A stretch of 63,910 nt of DNA, filler included, from Octopus bimaculoides (taxonomy: Eukaryota), in NCBI RefSeq assembly GCF_001194135.2. It is 6 parts of 5 records of this genome, joined end to end, with 100 filler letters (N's around TTAATTAATTAA, not from the genome) between each part and the next. Parts side by side here need not be neighbours in the genome. Positions count along the whole stretch, not along the records: positions 33,563 to 47,630 come from NC_068982.1; positions 47,731 to 59,700 come from NC_068999.1; 4 more parts are not named here. One strand, given 5' to 3'. This document shows, piece by piece, positions 36,650 to 49,950 of this stretch (positions are counted from its first letter, which is position 1; every line of letters starts with the position of its first letter). A program made the translations under genes and the position numbers. The notes beneath the pieces were generated by a model. That model ran no database searches and was not told where the DNA came from. It saw only the letters and a list, made by a program, of their open reading frames with translations.

Positions 36650-37339
36650 TGTGTGTGTGCCTCTATGTACACACATACCTATGTATATATGTATATATAT
36701 ATATACAATGAATGTATATATATATATATATATATATATAAGTTATAATATATATATGTGTGTGTATGTATATATTATATGTGTACGCATTTATAGGATA
36801 TTTACAACTATATAGACATAACACGTATGTATTTATGCTCTTATATATGCGTGTCTACGTATTACATATATAAATTACATGCAGACACACACATACGCAT
36901 ACAGACTCACAGACAAACACACACATTTATTCAAATATTAAAATAACTTGCACATGCGTTCTACATATATCTTTATACATATACAATCTATACTTTGGTA
37001 CGTATTTACCAAAATATAACGGATCTAAACAGCATATACATTTACACATGAAATATGAAGATATTTCTGTTTCTTTATTAAATTCGGCACGTAATCTTTT
37101 TGGCAATCTTTATTTTCCTATTGTTGTTGCTTTAACTATTGGTGTATTTGTCGTTGTTGTTGTTATTCTTTCATGCTTAGAGGTGCTGAAAAATAAATGA
37201 CATTCTGCATTGTTGAATTATCTAACTTCTATATATGCATGTAAGTATGCGTAGCTGGGTGTATTTCTGTAATTATCTGGGCCTTTATTATTTATGTATA
37301 TTTCTTTTTGTGGAGTTATACAAAAACATGTATAAACAG

Positions 37340-37430
<91 letters not shown>

Positions 37431-37531
37431 GCGCACATATATAGACATTCAGGAAAGGAGTGCTCAATCATCATCGCAGCCAAACTGAAAATATAAGCAC
37501 TCACGCACATTTACATATCTATCTATATCCA

Positions 37532-37584
<53 letters not shown>

Positions 37585-37924
37585 GCATATATTTATATTT
37601 ATATATATATATATACACAAACGATGTATATGCACACATACACACACACACACACATATATATATATTCATATATTGATAAAATAAGCAGATCAAGAGGC
37701 TTCCAGTACTTTATCGTGGAAACTAGAAAGGAAATATGCAACGGATTTAGACGTCTAAGACGAGCTCTTCATGCTGGAATAAATTAGAGAGAAAATTGTA
37801 ATAAATTAAAACAAACTATCACAAAATCAGATCAGCAAGGTTATGTAGTGTTATCATAACAAATAACACACACGCACGCGCGCGCACACATACACACACA
37901 CACACACACACAAATACACACACA

Positions 37925-37958
<34 letters not shown>

Positions 37959-38926
37959 AACACACACACACAAACACACACACACAAACACACACACGCA
38001 TGCATGTATATAAATATGTGCATATAATATATATGCATTCAACGTGGTAATATTTTCGTGGTTTGGGATTTAACTNNNNNNNNNNNNNNNNNNNNNNNNN
38101 NNNNNNNNNNNNNNNNNNNNNNNNNNNNNNNNNNNNNNNNNNNNNNNNNNNNNNNNNNNNNNNNNNNNNNNNNNNNNNNNNNNNNNNNNNNNNNNNNNNN
38201 NNNNNNNNNNNNNNNNNNNNNNNNNNNNNNNNNNNNNNNNNNNNNNNNNNNNNNNNNNNNNNNNNNNNNNNNNNNNNNNNNNNNNNNNNNNNNNNNNNNN
38301 NNNNNNNNNNNNNNNNNNNNNNNNNNNNNNNNNNNNNNNNNNNNNNNNNNNNNNNNNNNNNNNNNNNNNNNNNNNNNNNNNNNNNNNNNNNNNNNNNNNN
38401 NNNNNNNNNNNNNNNNNNNNNNNNNNNNNNNNNNNNNNNNNNNNNNNNNNNNNNNNNNNNNNNNNNNNNNNNNNNNNNNNNNNNNNNNNNNNNNNNNNNN
38501 NNNNNNNNNNNNNNNNNNNNNNNNNNNNNNNNNNNNNNNNNNNNNNNNNNNNNNNNNNNNNNNNNNNNNNNNNNNNNNNNNNNNNNNNNNNNNNNNNNNN
38601 NNNNNNNNNNNNNNNNNNNNNNNNNNNNNNNNNNNNNNNNNNNNNNNNNNNNNNNNNNNNNNNNNNNNNNNNNNNNNNNNNNNNNNNNNNNNNNNNNNNN
38701 NNNNNNNNNNNNNNNNNNNNNNNNNNNNNNNNNNNNNNNNNNNNNNNNNNNNNNNNNNNNNNNNNNNNNNNNNNNNNNNNNNNNNNNNNNNNNNNNNNNN
38801 NNNNNNNNNNNNNNNNNNNNNNNNNNNNNNNNNNNNNNNNNNNNNNNNNNNNNNNNNNNNNNNNNNNNNNNNNNNNNNNNNNNNNNNNNNNNNNNNNNNN
38901 NNNNNNNNNNNNNNNNNNNNNNNNNN

Positions 38927-38976
<50 letters not shown>

Positions 38977-41024
38977 GTATATATACTTAAAAGTTGAGCA
39001 AAAGTGTACGTACGCCGCTATATGTATATGCAAATACAGAAAATGGAACAAGATAACAACAGACGAAATAGAACATCCGGACAGCTAGACGATACGACGG
39101 ACGGGAAAAAACGAAGATAAGTCACTCGCAGCCTCCTCTCGTCAGTCAAGTTATCAAATTATCCTTACACTTTCGGGCAGTTACACTTGAGACTGTTCAA
39201 ATCTGGCATTATACTTTTTGGGAGAAAGCAAGCGAATATGTACGACAACCAACAAATAAACGGAGATATGTATATATATATATATATATATATATNNNNN
39301 NNNNNNNNNNNNNNNNNNNNNNNNNNNNNNNNNNNNNNNNNNNNNNNNNNNNNNNNNNNNNNNNNNNNNNNNNNNNNNNNNNNNNNNNNNNNNNNNNNNN
39401 NNNNNNNNNNNNNNNNNNNNNNNNNNNNNNNNNNNNNNNNNNNNNNNNNNNNNNNNNNNNNNNNNNNNNNNNNNNNNNNNNNNNNNNNNNNNNNNNNNNN
39501 NNNNNNNNNNNNNNNNNNNNNNNNNNNNNNNNNNNNNNNNNNNNNNNNNNNNNNNNNNNNNNNNNNNNNNNNNNNNNNNNNNNNNNNNNNNNNNNNNNNN
39601 NNNNNNNNNNNNNNNNNNNNNNNNNNNNNNNNNNNNNNNNNNNNNNNNNNNNNNNNNNNNNNNNNNNNNNNNNNNNNNNNNNNNNNNNNNNNNNNNNNNN
39701 NNNNNNNNNNNNNNNNNNNNNNNNNNNNNNNNNNNNNNNNNNNNNNNNNNNNNNNNNNNNNNNNNNNNNNNNNNNNNNNNNNNNNNNNNNNNNNNNNNNN
39801 NNNNNNNNNNNNNNNNNNNNNNNNNNNNNNNNNNNNNNNNNNNNNNNNNNNNNNNNNNNNNNNNNNNNNNNNNNNNNNNNNNNNNNNNNNNNNNNNNNNN
39901 NNNNNNNNNNNNNNNNNNNNNNNNNNNNNNNNNNNNNNNNNNNNNNNNNNNNNNNNNNNNNNNNNNNNNNNNNNNNNNNNNNNNNNNNNNNNNNNNNNNN
40001 NNNNNNNNNNNNNNNNNNNNNTGTGTGTGTGTGTGTGTGTGTGTGTGTTTTGTGTGTGTGTGATGGTACTATTATTTGAATAGAAATCTGTCAATATTTT
40101 GTTTAAGAAACCTCCTGTGTAAATAGAGTATAAACTGGATAAGCTGCTTCCCATTGCGCTAATCGGCAATTTTCTGAAGCGTAATGTTTTAGTCTCGAAT
40201 GTATCCTATTGTATCTCCTGTAGTTGTTTTATATATATTTGGTGCGTCAACACTATTTTTACTGCAAAATCTACAACTGATATCTCTCCCGTTACAATAT
40301 CAATTATACAAGCTCTTGAGAAAATAAACACAAGTGCAAGAAAATTCGTTATTTAACCTGAAGTTAATGATGTGCAAGCTGGCCCATCATCAAAATCCTT
40401 CCTTCCATGACTACACCACCTTTTTTAAATTCAAACACTATGCAAAACTATTCTATTGAGTATGTCATTCAATATGTATTAAGACTCAACACTGCATCGT
40501 AATATGAGGGTGATTTTTATGAGGTCGAGTGACTAACCAGCATTCCCTGATTAGAGCATGCTTTAGTTTCTTGTCTCTGCAAGATTAGTGTCTCAACCTT
40601 TTTTTTTAATTCCCTTATAGGCCCCTTTGATTCCCATGGATCCCATTGATTCAGATGGACCCTTCTGGTCATTCGATCTCTAAAAAAATCATATATTTTT
40701 ATAATTAAATATTAGTATGAATTTTATACAAAAACTGTTATTTTGTGTATTGGAGAATATAAGCAATTTGTTGCAGATAAAGTTTAACAGCAAAATCTTA
40801 TATGGATCTCCAAGGATCATATGGACCCAGGTTGAGAACTATTGTGTTCCACTTACGGCTTGTAGCTTCATAGAAATGTCTCTTCCCTGTAATTTAGGAA
40901 GTGTAGATTTCTTGGATGAGTCGATAAGTTTTCCTTCTTTTTTTCTCCTGTTCCTATAAATTAAGAGTTATTCAACTCTCTGCCTTTTGTACGGAGAGAG
41001 TTTCTGTATTTGTCCTATATACAA

Positions 41025-41569
41025 GGATTTTGGGCAAGTGTCTTCTATTATAGCCTCGGGCCGACCAAATCCTTCCGTGTGAATTCTGTAGACAGAAACC
41101 GAAAGAAGCCTGTCGTACACACACACATATTATAATTAATATTTGAAAAAATTTACTCCATGATCGAAATTGTATTTACTCCGGTCTAAATCTTAGCACA
41201 CTACACGAGGGTACAAAGAAGAGATGTGAATTATACTTGGCAGTATATCTTTGCGAGTGCAGATGGATATTGGTCATGCGATGTCGCCGATCGCATGCAT
41301 ATTTTGAGATACTCGTAAATTTATTCTATGGAATACTGTGCTGATGAGAGCAGCAGGTAAACTATTTTTACTTTAAGCTTGAAATTCGATCGTATACACA
41401 GTTAACCAACCTTGTTGATTCATTACTTTTCTTTTGCTTGCCTACAATATAGTGTGTTATTTTCGGAGATTTTAAGGTGGTAATAGGGGCTTTAGCGTCT
41501 ATTTTTTGCAGTGCGTGGTGAGGCGTAAAGCCGATCCCTTATTATAATTATATATATAATTATAAAATG

Positions 41570-41612
<43 letters not shown>

Positions 41613-41825
41613 TATGTGTGCATGTCTTTGTTTCTGTGTTTGTCCCCCACCATCACTTGACAATCGATGCTGGTGTGTTTACGTCCTCGTAACATAGCGT
41701 TTCAGCAAACGAGGCCGATAGAATATGTAGTAGGCTTATAAAGAATAAGTCCTGGAGTCGATTGCTCCGACTAAAAACCCTTTAAAGTGGTGCTCCAGCA
41801 TGACCGCAGTCAACAGGACTGACAC
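41025..41825 (+). mobile_element. SINE family A in two pieces (41025-41125, 41605-41825)
   Basis: Collinear halves flanking about 480 bp of unrelated sequence. Confidence 0.6.
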
Positions 41826-41947
41826 AATTTACAATAATTGAAAGAAGACCAAGCAGGATATCTAGGGTATTGATGGGATCAAAATATGCGAGAGTGGGAG
41901 TGGTTTATTGTTTTTGAGGACAACGAAGAAAAGGAGACCGAGGATGA

Positions 41948-42143
41948 TACAGTTCTATATTTAAGAGATGAAGAATTCTGTACATTATTTACATTATTTG
42001 CATTATTTACATTCGACGGATATTTGCCCTCATCTTGTTTGGTGTTTAAACAACGTTTCGGCTGATATACCCTCCAGCATTCTTCAGGTGTCTTGGTGAA
42101 ATTTCGAATGAGAACCCAGGTTCGTAATTTCCCCAAGACACCT
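41948..42143 (-). mobile_element. hammerhead-bearing SINE/PLE-tail copy (-, 41948-42108) with an inverted partial copy (+, 42109-42143)
   Basis: Reverse complement of 48960-49116; contains GACAC CTGAAGA A TGCTG gagggtatat CAGCC GAAAC GTT. Confidence 0.8.
42047..42092 (-). ncRNA. minimal hammerhead ribozyme motif, degenerate copy
   Basis: CTGAAGA at 42087-42081, GAAAC at 42059-42055; G10.1 mutated to T. Confidence 0.5.
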
Positions 42144-42149
42144 GGTTCC

Positions 42150-42470
42150 GGATTCAGTGAGTGGATTTGGTAGATGGAAACAGAAAGAAGCCTTTCGTAT
42201 ATCAATGTATCTACGAAAGGCTTCTTTCAGTTTCCATGTATCTATCTATGTATGTGTGGGTGGGTGGGTGTTTGTTTGTCCACCAATACCGCTTGGCAAC
42301 GGTGCTAGTGTGCTTACGTCCCTGTAACATAGCGGTTCGGCAAAAGGGACGATAGAATAAGTACCAGGCTTTAAAAACATGTAAGTATTGGGGTTGATTC
42401 ATTCGACTAAAATAAATGTTCAATGTGTCATTGCAGCCTGACGGCAGACTAATCAACAAAACAAGAAACA
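42150..42470 (+). mobile_element. SINE family A body and tail
   Basis: Family A motifs. Confidence 0.7.
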
Positions 42471-42714
42471 AAAAAAAAAAGGAAACAAAGAAGCAGAGAG
42501 AAAAGAAAAGAATTCTTTCATAAATTCAATATGCGAAATTCTAGGTCCTTGAGTCACTTACGCAATACACATTTTCGTTTCGTATATGCGTTGAAGGAAT
42601 ACATAAAGTTCTTAGCATTTGCGTCACATATGTAGCATTTAAACAAAATACACACTTCCGTACTTGCTTGTTTACAGACATACGTACACACAAAAATACC
42701 CAGAAGCATACATT

Positions 42715-42747
<33 letters not shown>

Positions 42748-43364
42748 ANNNNNNNNNNNNNNNNNNNNNNNNNNNNNNNNNNNNNNNNNNNNNNNNNNNN
42801 NNNNNNNNNNNNNNNNNNNNNNNNNNNNNNNNNNNNNNNNNNNNNNNNNNNNNNNNNNNNNNNNNNNNNNTATATATATATATATATATATATATATGGA
42901 TATTTGTGCGTGTATATGTGTGCTTATTTGTCTGGTCCTGTGAGTGTGCTTCTTGCATTTGTTATTTTATGTGTTAACCGTTATATAATAACTTACAGTT
43001 CGTAATGTTTAATGCTTCTTTGTATCAAACTATACATGTGTACAGTCAAAAACTATTTGTTGCAAGCTGTGTATTTCAATGTTCTGTATTTATCTATTAT
43101 TATTTTTCGCGGCAGTAGTAAATATGTTTCCAGAATAATACGATAATAAAAAAAAAAACATTAAATATGCTTATCATTTCCTGAAATGTTCAATACAACG
43201 CAGATATACAAAAGGGGTAAAATGAGAAAATAATCGAATAGTACCCAAGAAATAGGCGCTGATGTAGACGTGTGGTTAAAATGTTACGAATCAGCCTTCT
43301 ACAGATTTCCGAGTTCGATTTCAATGGGCAGTATAGTGTAATTGTGGGTTTACCACCGAGTAGT

Positions 43365-43570
43365 ATTCTTTACTCTTTTATTTTGTTTTAGTCATTCGAT
43401 TGCGGTCATGCTGGGGCACCGCCTTCAACGGTCTTAGGCGAACAAATCGACAACCGGACTTGAATTCCTTTTTTTTTAAATCCTAACACTAATTCTCTTT
43501 TGCCAAACTGCTGTTACAGGGACGTAAACACACCAACACCGGTTTTCACTCGGTGGTGAGAGACAAGAAC
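43365..43570 (-). mobile_element. SINE family A, 3' half
   Basis: Family A tail motifs. Confidence 0.7.
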
Positions 43571-43704
43571 ACACACTCATAACCTGCATTGATAAAATTG
43601 CCAGTGCTTTTGTATTATTTGTTTTATTATTATAGTTTCAGCTTAGAGCTGCGGCCATGCTGATGCACCGCCGTGTATTATTGTATACAATAAAATNNNN
43701 NNNN

Positions 43705-44090
43705 NNTACGCCGCCAGCATTGCCCAAACGACCTGAACATTAGTTTCAAGGTTCATCCAAGGCTGGGACCACGGGCCATAGTCCCCTGCCCAATTCAGGA
43801 TCACAATATATAGATACACTTCGGCATAATTTCTTTTCCTCAACAGGCCCTGTCCCGTTTAACATTGTCCCGAAACAGTTAAAAGAGGAAATGGATCCTA
43901 TCAGCTTTAAACGGAGTCTAGACAGATTTCTTCAAAGAATACCAAACAAGCCACCCATACCTGGATACAACTCAATCAATAAGAACTCACTAGTTGAATG
44001 GACCATAAACAAAACTTGACTGTAAAAAGGATTTAGATAAGCCTATTAGGTGGTGCTATTAAGTTAGACATGGCCTGGACCAATCCTTAG
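43705..44090 (+). mobile_element. CR1-type LINE 3' end
   Basis: Translates RHNFFSSTGPVPFNIVPKQLKEEMDPISFKRSLDRFLQRIPNKPPIPGYNSINKNSLVEW, a typical CR1/L2-group ORF2 C-terminus. Confidence 0.75.
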
Positions 44091-45714
44091 TCGAAACATA
44101 TCTAAGGTTATATAAGAGTTTTTTGTTGCTCTTTCTAGCGGGTTAGATGTCCTATTATAGGCATCTCTGTATTTTAAATGAATAATATATATATAGTCTA
44201 TTGACTAATTTTTTATTCTCGCTGGACCACTGGTGGTAAATTAAATTTCTAAAAATTTTTTGCTGCCCTATGATTTATTAATGATAATATATTTTTGGCT
44301 AATTTCTGAAAGAAAATCGGCATTTGTTTTATATTTACTGCCGATAAGTTAAACCGCACATGCGCGGTAAATTTTGAAAAATTAAGCATGTAAGNNNNNN
44401 NNNNNNNNNNNNNNNNNNNNNNNNNNNNNNNNNNNNNNNNNNNNNNNNNNNNNNNNNNNNNNNNNNNNNNNNNNNNNNNNNNNNNNNNNNNNNNNNNNNN
44501 NNNNNNNNNNNNNNNNNNNNNNNNNNNNNNNNNNNNNNNNNNNNNNNNNNNNNNNNNNNNNNNNNNNNNNNNNNNNNNNNNNNNNNNNNNNNNNNNNNNN
44601 NNNNNNNNNNNNNNNNNNNNNNNNNNNNNNNNNNNNNNNNNNNNNNNNNNNNNNNNNNNNNNNNNNNNNNNNNNNNNNNNNNNNNNNNNNNNNNNNNNNN
44701 NNNNNNNNNNNNNNNNNNNNNNNNNNNNNNNNNNNNNNNNNNNNNNNNNNNNNNNNNNNNNNNNNNNNNNNNNNNNNNNNNNNNNNNNNNNNNNNNNNNN
44801 NNNNNNNNNNNNNNNNNNNNNNNNNNNNNNNNNNNNNNNNNNNNNNNNNNNNNNNNNNNNNNNNNNNNNNNNNNNNNNNNNNNNNNNNNNNNNNNNNNNN
44901 NNNNNNNNNNNNNNNNNNNNNNNNNNNNNNNNNNNNNNNNNNNNNNNNNNNNNNNNNNNNNNNNNNNNNNNNNNNNNNNNNNNNNNNNNNNNNNNNNNNN
45001 NNNNNNNNNNNNNNNNNNNNNNNNNNNNNNNNNNNNNNNNNNNNNNNNNNATATATATATATATAGATATATATACATATGAATTACTCCCGATTCTAGA
45101 AGTCTATTCCTATTTCTGGATAGTATCTTGCATTTCCGGAGAACGAGCCTTCACATACTAGAAGGAAAGCATTTTGCAAGATCCGATTGTGTGTATGTGT
45201 GTGCGCGTGTGAGTGCATGTATGCGCGCATGCGAGTAGATGTATACACAATTACAGGTACATACCTACAAAACACGTAAATATGTAGTATTAATGAATAC
45301 ATGGAAGAGTAGCTGTGAGAAAGGATACGAGTAATTTTGACGTTAATATACATCGATCTTAGTATTAATTAGGCAGTTTATTGTAAATGTTGCTTCAATG
45401 AAGCCGTGACTCATCTGTACATTAATAGAATGCCGGGGTGTTTCATTATATGTACTTCTCAGTTGTGTCATTAAAACCACCTCATAACTTTCAATACGCT
45501 CAAAATTCAGCTGAAATTTATCACAGGAACCACTGATCTATTTCATTACAACGGCGACTTACGTGTATTGTTACAGCTACAACAGGTTGTATAATAATAC
45601 TTAAAGAAGGGGCAACGTTTTAACCATCACAGACAGTTTTCATTACAACAATTGAGCTTTCACATTTCACCCGTTTATAACATTTGATTTTCTGCTTAAC
45701 ATTCGTGACAAATG

Positions 45715-45920
45715 TTGGTTTCAAATTTTGGGATATTTTGGCAATTTCTGAGGCGTTTAAGTCGATTTCATCGACTCCAGTACTCAGTTGGTACTTATTT
45801 TATCAATCGCAAAGGGTTCAATGGCAAAGTCGACCGCGCTGAGTTTGAAATCAGAACGTAAGGACGGATGAAATGCCATGAAACTTTTTGTCCGGCGTGC
45901 TAACAATTTTGCCAGGTAAC
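45715..45920 (-). mobile_element. SINE family B
   Basis: Reverse family B motifs. Confidence 0.7.
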
Positions 45921-46004
45921 CGTCTTGCATTTGTCAAAAACAATACAATCCTATACAAACATACAGATATCTATCTGTCTATCTATCTGTTTGTCTTTCT
46001 GTCT

Positions 46005-46010
46005 GTCTAC

Positions 46011-46091
<81 letters not shown>

Positions 46092-46126
46092 AATCTATCT
46101 ATCTATCTATGTATCTATCTATCTAT
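46005..46126. repeat. (TCTA)n microsatellite
   Basis: Direct reading. Confidence 0.95.
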
Positions 46127-46434
46127 CGTTTTCTCTCACTCTGTGTGTTAGTGTGTGTGTATGTGTGTTTGTACATTTGAGTATATATATTCCATTCGGT
46201 AGAGCAGAAAATTTCAAACAGACTTCAAAATTGGGTTTTTTTAAAATCTCAATGTAAAATTTGAAACTACATCTCTTTCCAGGCAGAAAAAACAGCTTAT
46301 TTCTCACTCTTTCACATTAAAATTTAAGTTGGACGATCAGTAATAAACATGCGATGGATAGGAACAGGAATCTAAACGTTGCAAAGAGAAATAGCCGCCT
46401 AATATCTTGAGTACGTTTGCTATAGGTATGCTCT

Positions 46435-46835
46435 TTTAATATTCCTTTACTTCTTTCAGTCATTTGACTGCGGCCATACTGGAGTACCGCCTTTAGTCGA
46501 ACAAATCGACCCCCAGGACTTATTCTTTTTAGCCTATTCTATCGGTAACTTTTGCAGACCGCTAGGTTACGGGGATGTAAGCACACCAACATCGGCTGTC
46601 AAGTAACGGTGGGTGGGGTGTGGGACAAATACAGGCACACACACACACACAAATATATATATATATATATACGACGGAGTTCTTTTAGTTTCCGTCTACC
46701 AAACCTACTCACACTTTTTTGGACGACCCGTAGCTATAGTAGAAGACACTTGCCCAAGGCACCACTGCAGTGAAACTGAACCCGGAACCATGTGGTTGGG
46801 AAGCAAGCTTCGTACCACGAAGCCACTCCTACGCC
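46435..46835 (-). mobile_element. full-length SINE family A
   Basis: Family A motifs. Confidence 0.85.
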
Positions 46836-47349
46836 TTTTATAATGATGGCCTTTTATCATTCTCTTTTTCTTTTCAGGTTCTTTTCATTTCTTTAAAGGC
46901 ATGTTGTGAAGTTACACTAGTTCGAAAAAAAAAGCAGAATGCGATTTTCTGTGAATATATCCATGTTTACTAGATAAATATACTTGACTTGAACAATGCA
47001 TGCAAGGTCCTAAACAATCAAATCTATAAATTGGCTATAAATTGAAAAGATAATAAAATCTTTCTATTTGTCTTCTTGCGTCACTGTATAGACACTTATT
47101 AAACAATAGTAGGTCACTTAAAATACTAATTCAAATTGGTAAATAGTTTACAAAGTCACTAAAAATACAAAGCTAAAATATCAATATTCTTTGGAAAACT
47201 TTAATCGATTTTTCTAAGATGTCAATTATTCCCTTTTCCACCGGACAGATCACATACATACATACATGCATACATACATACATACATACATGCACACATA
47301 CATACAAACATGCATACATACAAACATACATACATTGTTTATACATATA

Positions 47350-47560
47350 TTCTCTTTTACACTTTTACTTGTTTCAGTCATTTGACTGCGGCCATGTTGG
47401 AGCACCGCCTTTAGACGAGCAAATCGACACCAGGACTTATTCTTTGTACGTCTAATATTTATTCTATCGGTATCTTTTGCCGAATTCTAAGTTACGGTGA
47501 TGTAAACACACCAGCATCGGTTGTTAAGCGATGTTGGGGAGACAAACACAGACACACAAA
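47350..47560 (-). mobile_element. SINE family A, 3' half
   Basis: Family A tail motifs. Confidence 0.8.
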
Positions 47561-47750
47561 CATATACACGCACATACATACACACACACACGCACACACA
47601 TAAACACACACACACACACACACACACACANNNNNNNNNNNNNNNNNNNNNNNNNNNNNNNNNNNNNNNNNNNNTTAATTAATTAANNNNNNNNNNNNNN
47701 NNNNNNNNNNNNNNNNNNNNNNNNNNNNNNCAATCAACCCCTATGCATAG

Positions 47751-47850
47751 CACTCGTGGAAACTCATCTCAGCCCTGATATAGAGGATGCAGAAGTACAC
47801 GTACCAAAATATGTCATATTTCGAACAGACAGAAGGGAAAGCACGAACGG
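47751..47850 (+). mobile_element. LINE apurinic-type endonuclease fragment
   Basis: IALVETHLSPDIEDAEVHVPKYVIFRTDRRES matches the APE motif (ETHL...DAE..IP.Y.IFR.DR). Confidence 0.75.
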
Positions 47851-48406
47851 AACGGCAGCTGCCGGCGGGCGGGCGGACGAACGAGCGGATCTACCGCGGC
47901 GCGAGGCGTGGAACGACGACGACAGCAAGGACGCTCACTCCAGGGCGGGCGGATGGTTATCGGCGGAAGAATCGGGGACGCGCCGGCCGTGTAGAGTCGA
48001 TCGTGCGGCGGGTTAGGCGGGTCCGACCGTCGGCAGAAAGGAGAGGCGAGAACATCCCTTCGAGTCGGAGAGCCTACCGGATCGACGACTACTCTAGGGA
48101 ACGGCGTGTAGGCGCGGGCGAGGAAGAAACCGAACACCCGATGGCGAGAGCTCCAATATCGTAGTACGGTTGATATTGCCGACTATAGATAAAGAATATA
48201 CTGTAACAGTGTTATAACAATACAAACTAGAAACAGCGGCAGTAACAAATACCCAACGAACTATCAATATTTCCAACACACTACCTCAAACTGTATCTGG
48301 ACTTCGAAAACCAAACTACGAACTGCCGACTACGTCAGACCGCTACTATTTATATGTAGTGGTCCCTTCTATTCCCGTCAGGGAGCGTCGCACTCCCACC
48401 ACAACA
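47851..48406 (-). mobile_element. LTR (48157-48406) plus GC-rich 5' internal region of an LTR retrotransposon
   Basis: TGTTGTGG start, TATAAAA, degenerate CTACGATA end followed by PBS-like TTGGAG; CpG-rich; related piece at 53895-54000 (ctgtaacagtgttataa). Confidence 0.5.
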
Positions 48407-48496
48407 CATACATATATATATACACACATATAAGTATATACACATAAATATATATATACACACACATACATGTATTTATACATATATAAATATATA

Positions 48497-48848
<352 letters not shown>

Positions 48849-48878
48849 AAAAATTCCGAGTTCAATTCCAGGCAGTGA

Positions 48879-48934
<56 letters not shown>

Positions 48935-49116
48935 TCGAAAAATACCTTAGGAATGAGAATCCAAGTTCGAAATTTCCTCACGACACCTGATGAAGACTGG
49001 AGGGTATATCAGCCGAAACGTTGTATTAACAACAAACAAGATGAGGACAAATATCCGTCAAATGTAAATAATGTAAATAATGTACATAATTCCTCATCTC
49101 TTAATTATAGTACTGT
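48849..49116 (+). mobile_element. tRNA-headed SINE with PLE-type tail (right copy, head truncated)
   Basis: Inverted duplicate of 48497-48800. Confidence 0.85.
48982..49027 (+). ncRNA. minimal type I hammerhead ribozyme motif
   Basis: GACAC CTGATGA A GACTG gagggtatat CAGCC GAAAC GTT GTATT; intact core with one mismatch each in stems I and II. Confidence 0.65.
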
Positions 49117-49878
49117 AATATATGTACATGTATTTATGCATATGTAAATATACATAAATACATGCACGTGTGTGTGTGTGTGCGTGTGTGTGTGTGTGCG
49201 TGTGTGTGAATGTATTTTATGGTGACTGCTCCATCTTTACAGAGGATTGTTGTCTCTTTGTGATTCCTCGTTGACTTCCCGTCCATGACTTCCCTCCGCA
49301 GGTCTGCATAGTTTGAAGTATAGATTACAGACGTAATTTGTAACTAATTGTGCTTTTCTAACTGGTTAGCTCAGCACATGACACTCTTCCATCACATCAC
49401 CATAGGACTTCCAGTAGATGGAATGACAATTAAAATCAACATAAAGCGATATCTGTACGTCATTGAATTATACTGATAAACGCTTGTACGACACGAGTAT
49501 CACTCTCTGGGTCTCTGTAGTTAAGTACCTAGTGACAAGCCGAAGCGTGAAATTGTAGGTTTTACAGCAGAATATTTCTCTCCTGGAAGAATGCTTGTAA
49601 ATCAGCTAGGGGTCCCTCATTCTCGGTGGTTTTACTGTGTGTGCTGAGACCAACCATGGGTATTTCTACGTCCATACGCTCATATGGATTGTCATAACAC
49701 ATGCTAGTTAACCCATAGCTGGGACTCTGACAGATGCTCGTACATTTGGTCAGAGTAGACTGGAAACAGTAGGGACTAAGAGGTGGTTCTTCAAAATAGC
49801 GGAACTCTCAACCACAGCCTCACCACCAGATGCAGTTTAAAGTTATACCCAGGAAATATTTATATATATATATTTCTA

Positions 49879-49928
49879 GATGGATGGATGGATGGATGGA
49901 TGGATGGATGGATGGATGGATGGATGGA
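49879..49928. repeat. (GATG)n microsatellite
   Basis: Direct reading. Confidence 0.95.
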
Positions 49929-49950
49929 TAGAGAGATATAGAGGGCTATT

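Noticed and set aside
40090-40340. Minus-strand protein-like stretch (IIDIVTGEISVVDFAVKIV...)
   Set aside because: Interrupted by a stop, no recognisable family, no supported splice partner
47756-48164. Arg/Pro-rich overlapping ORFs on both strands
   Set aside because: Result of high GC in an LTR-element leader; only the first 30 or so codons (APE motif) are meaningful
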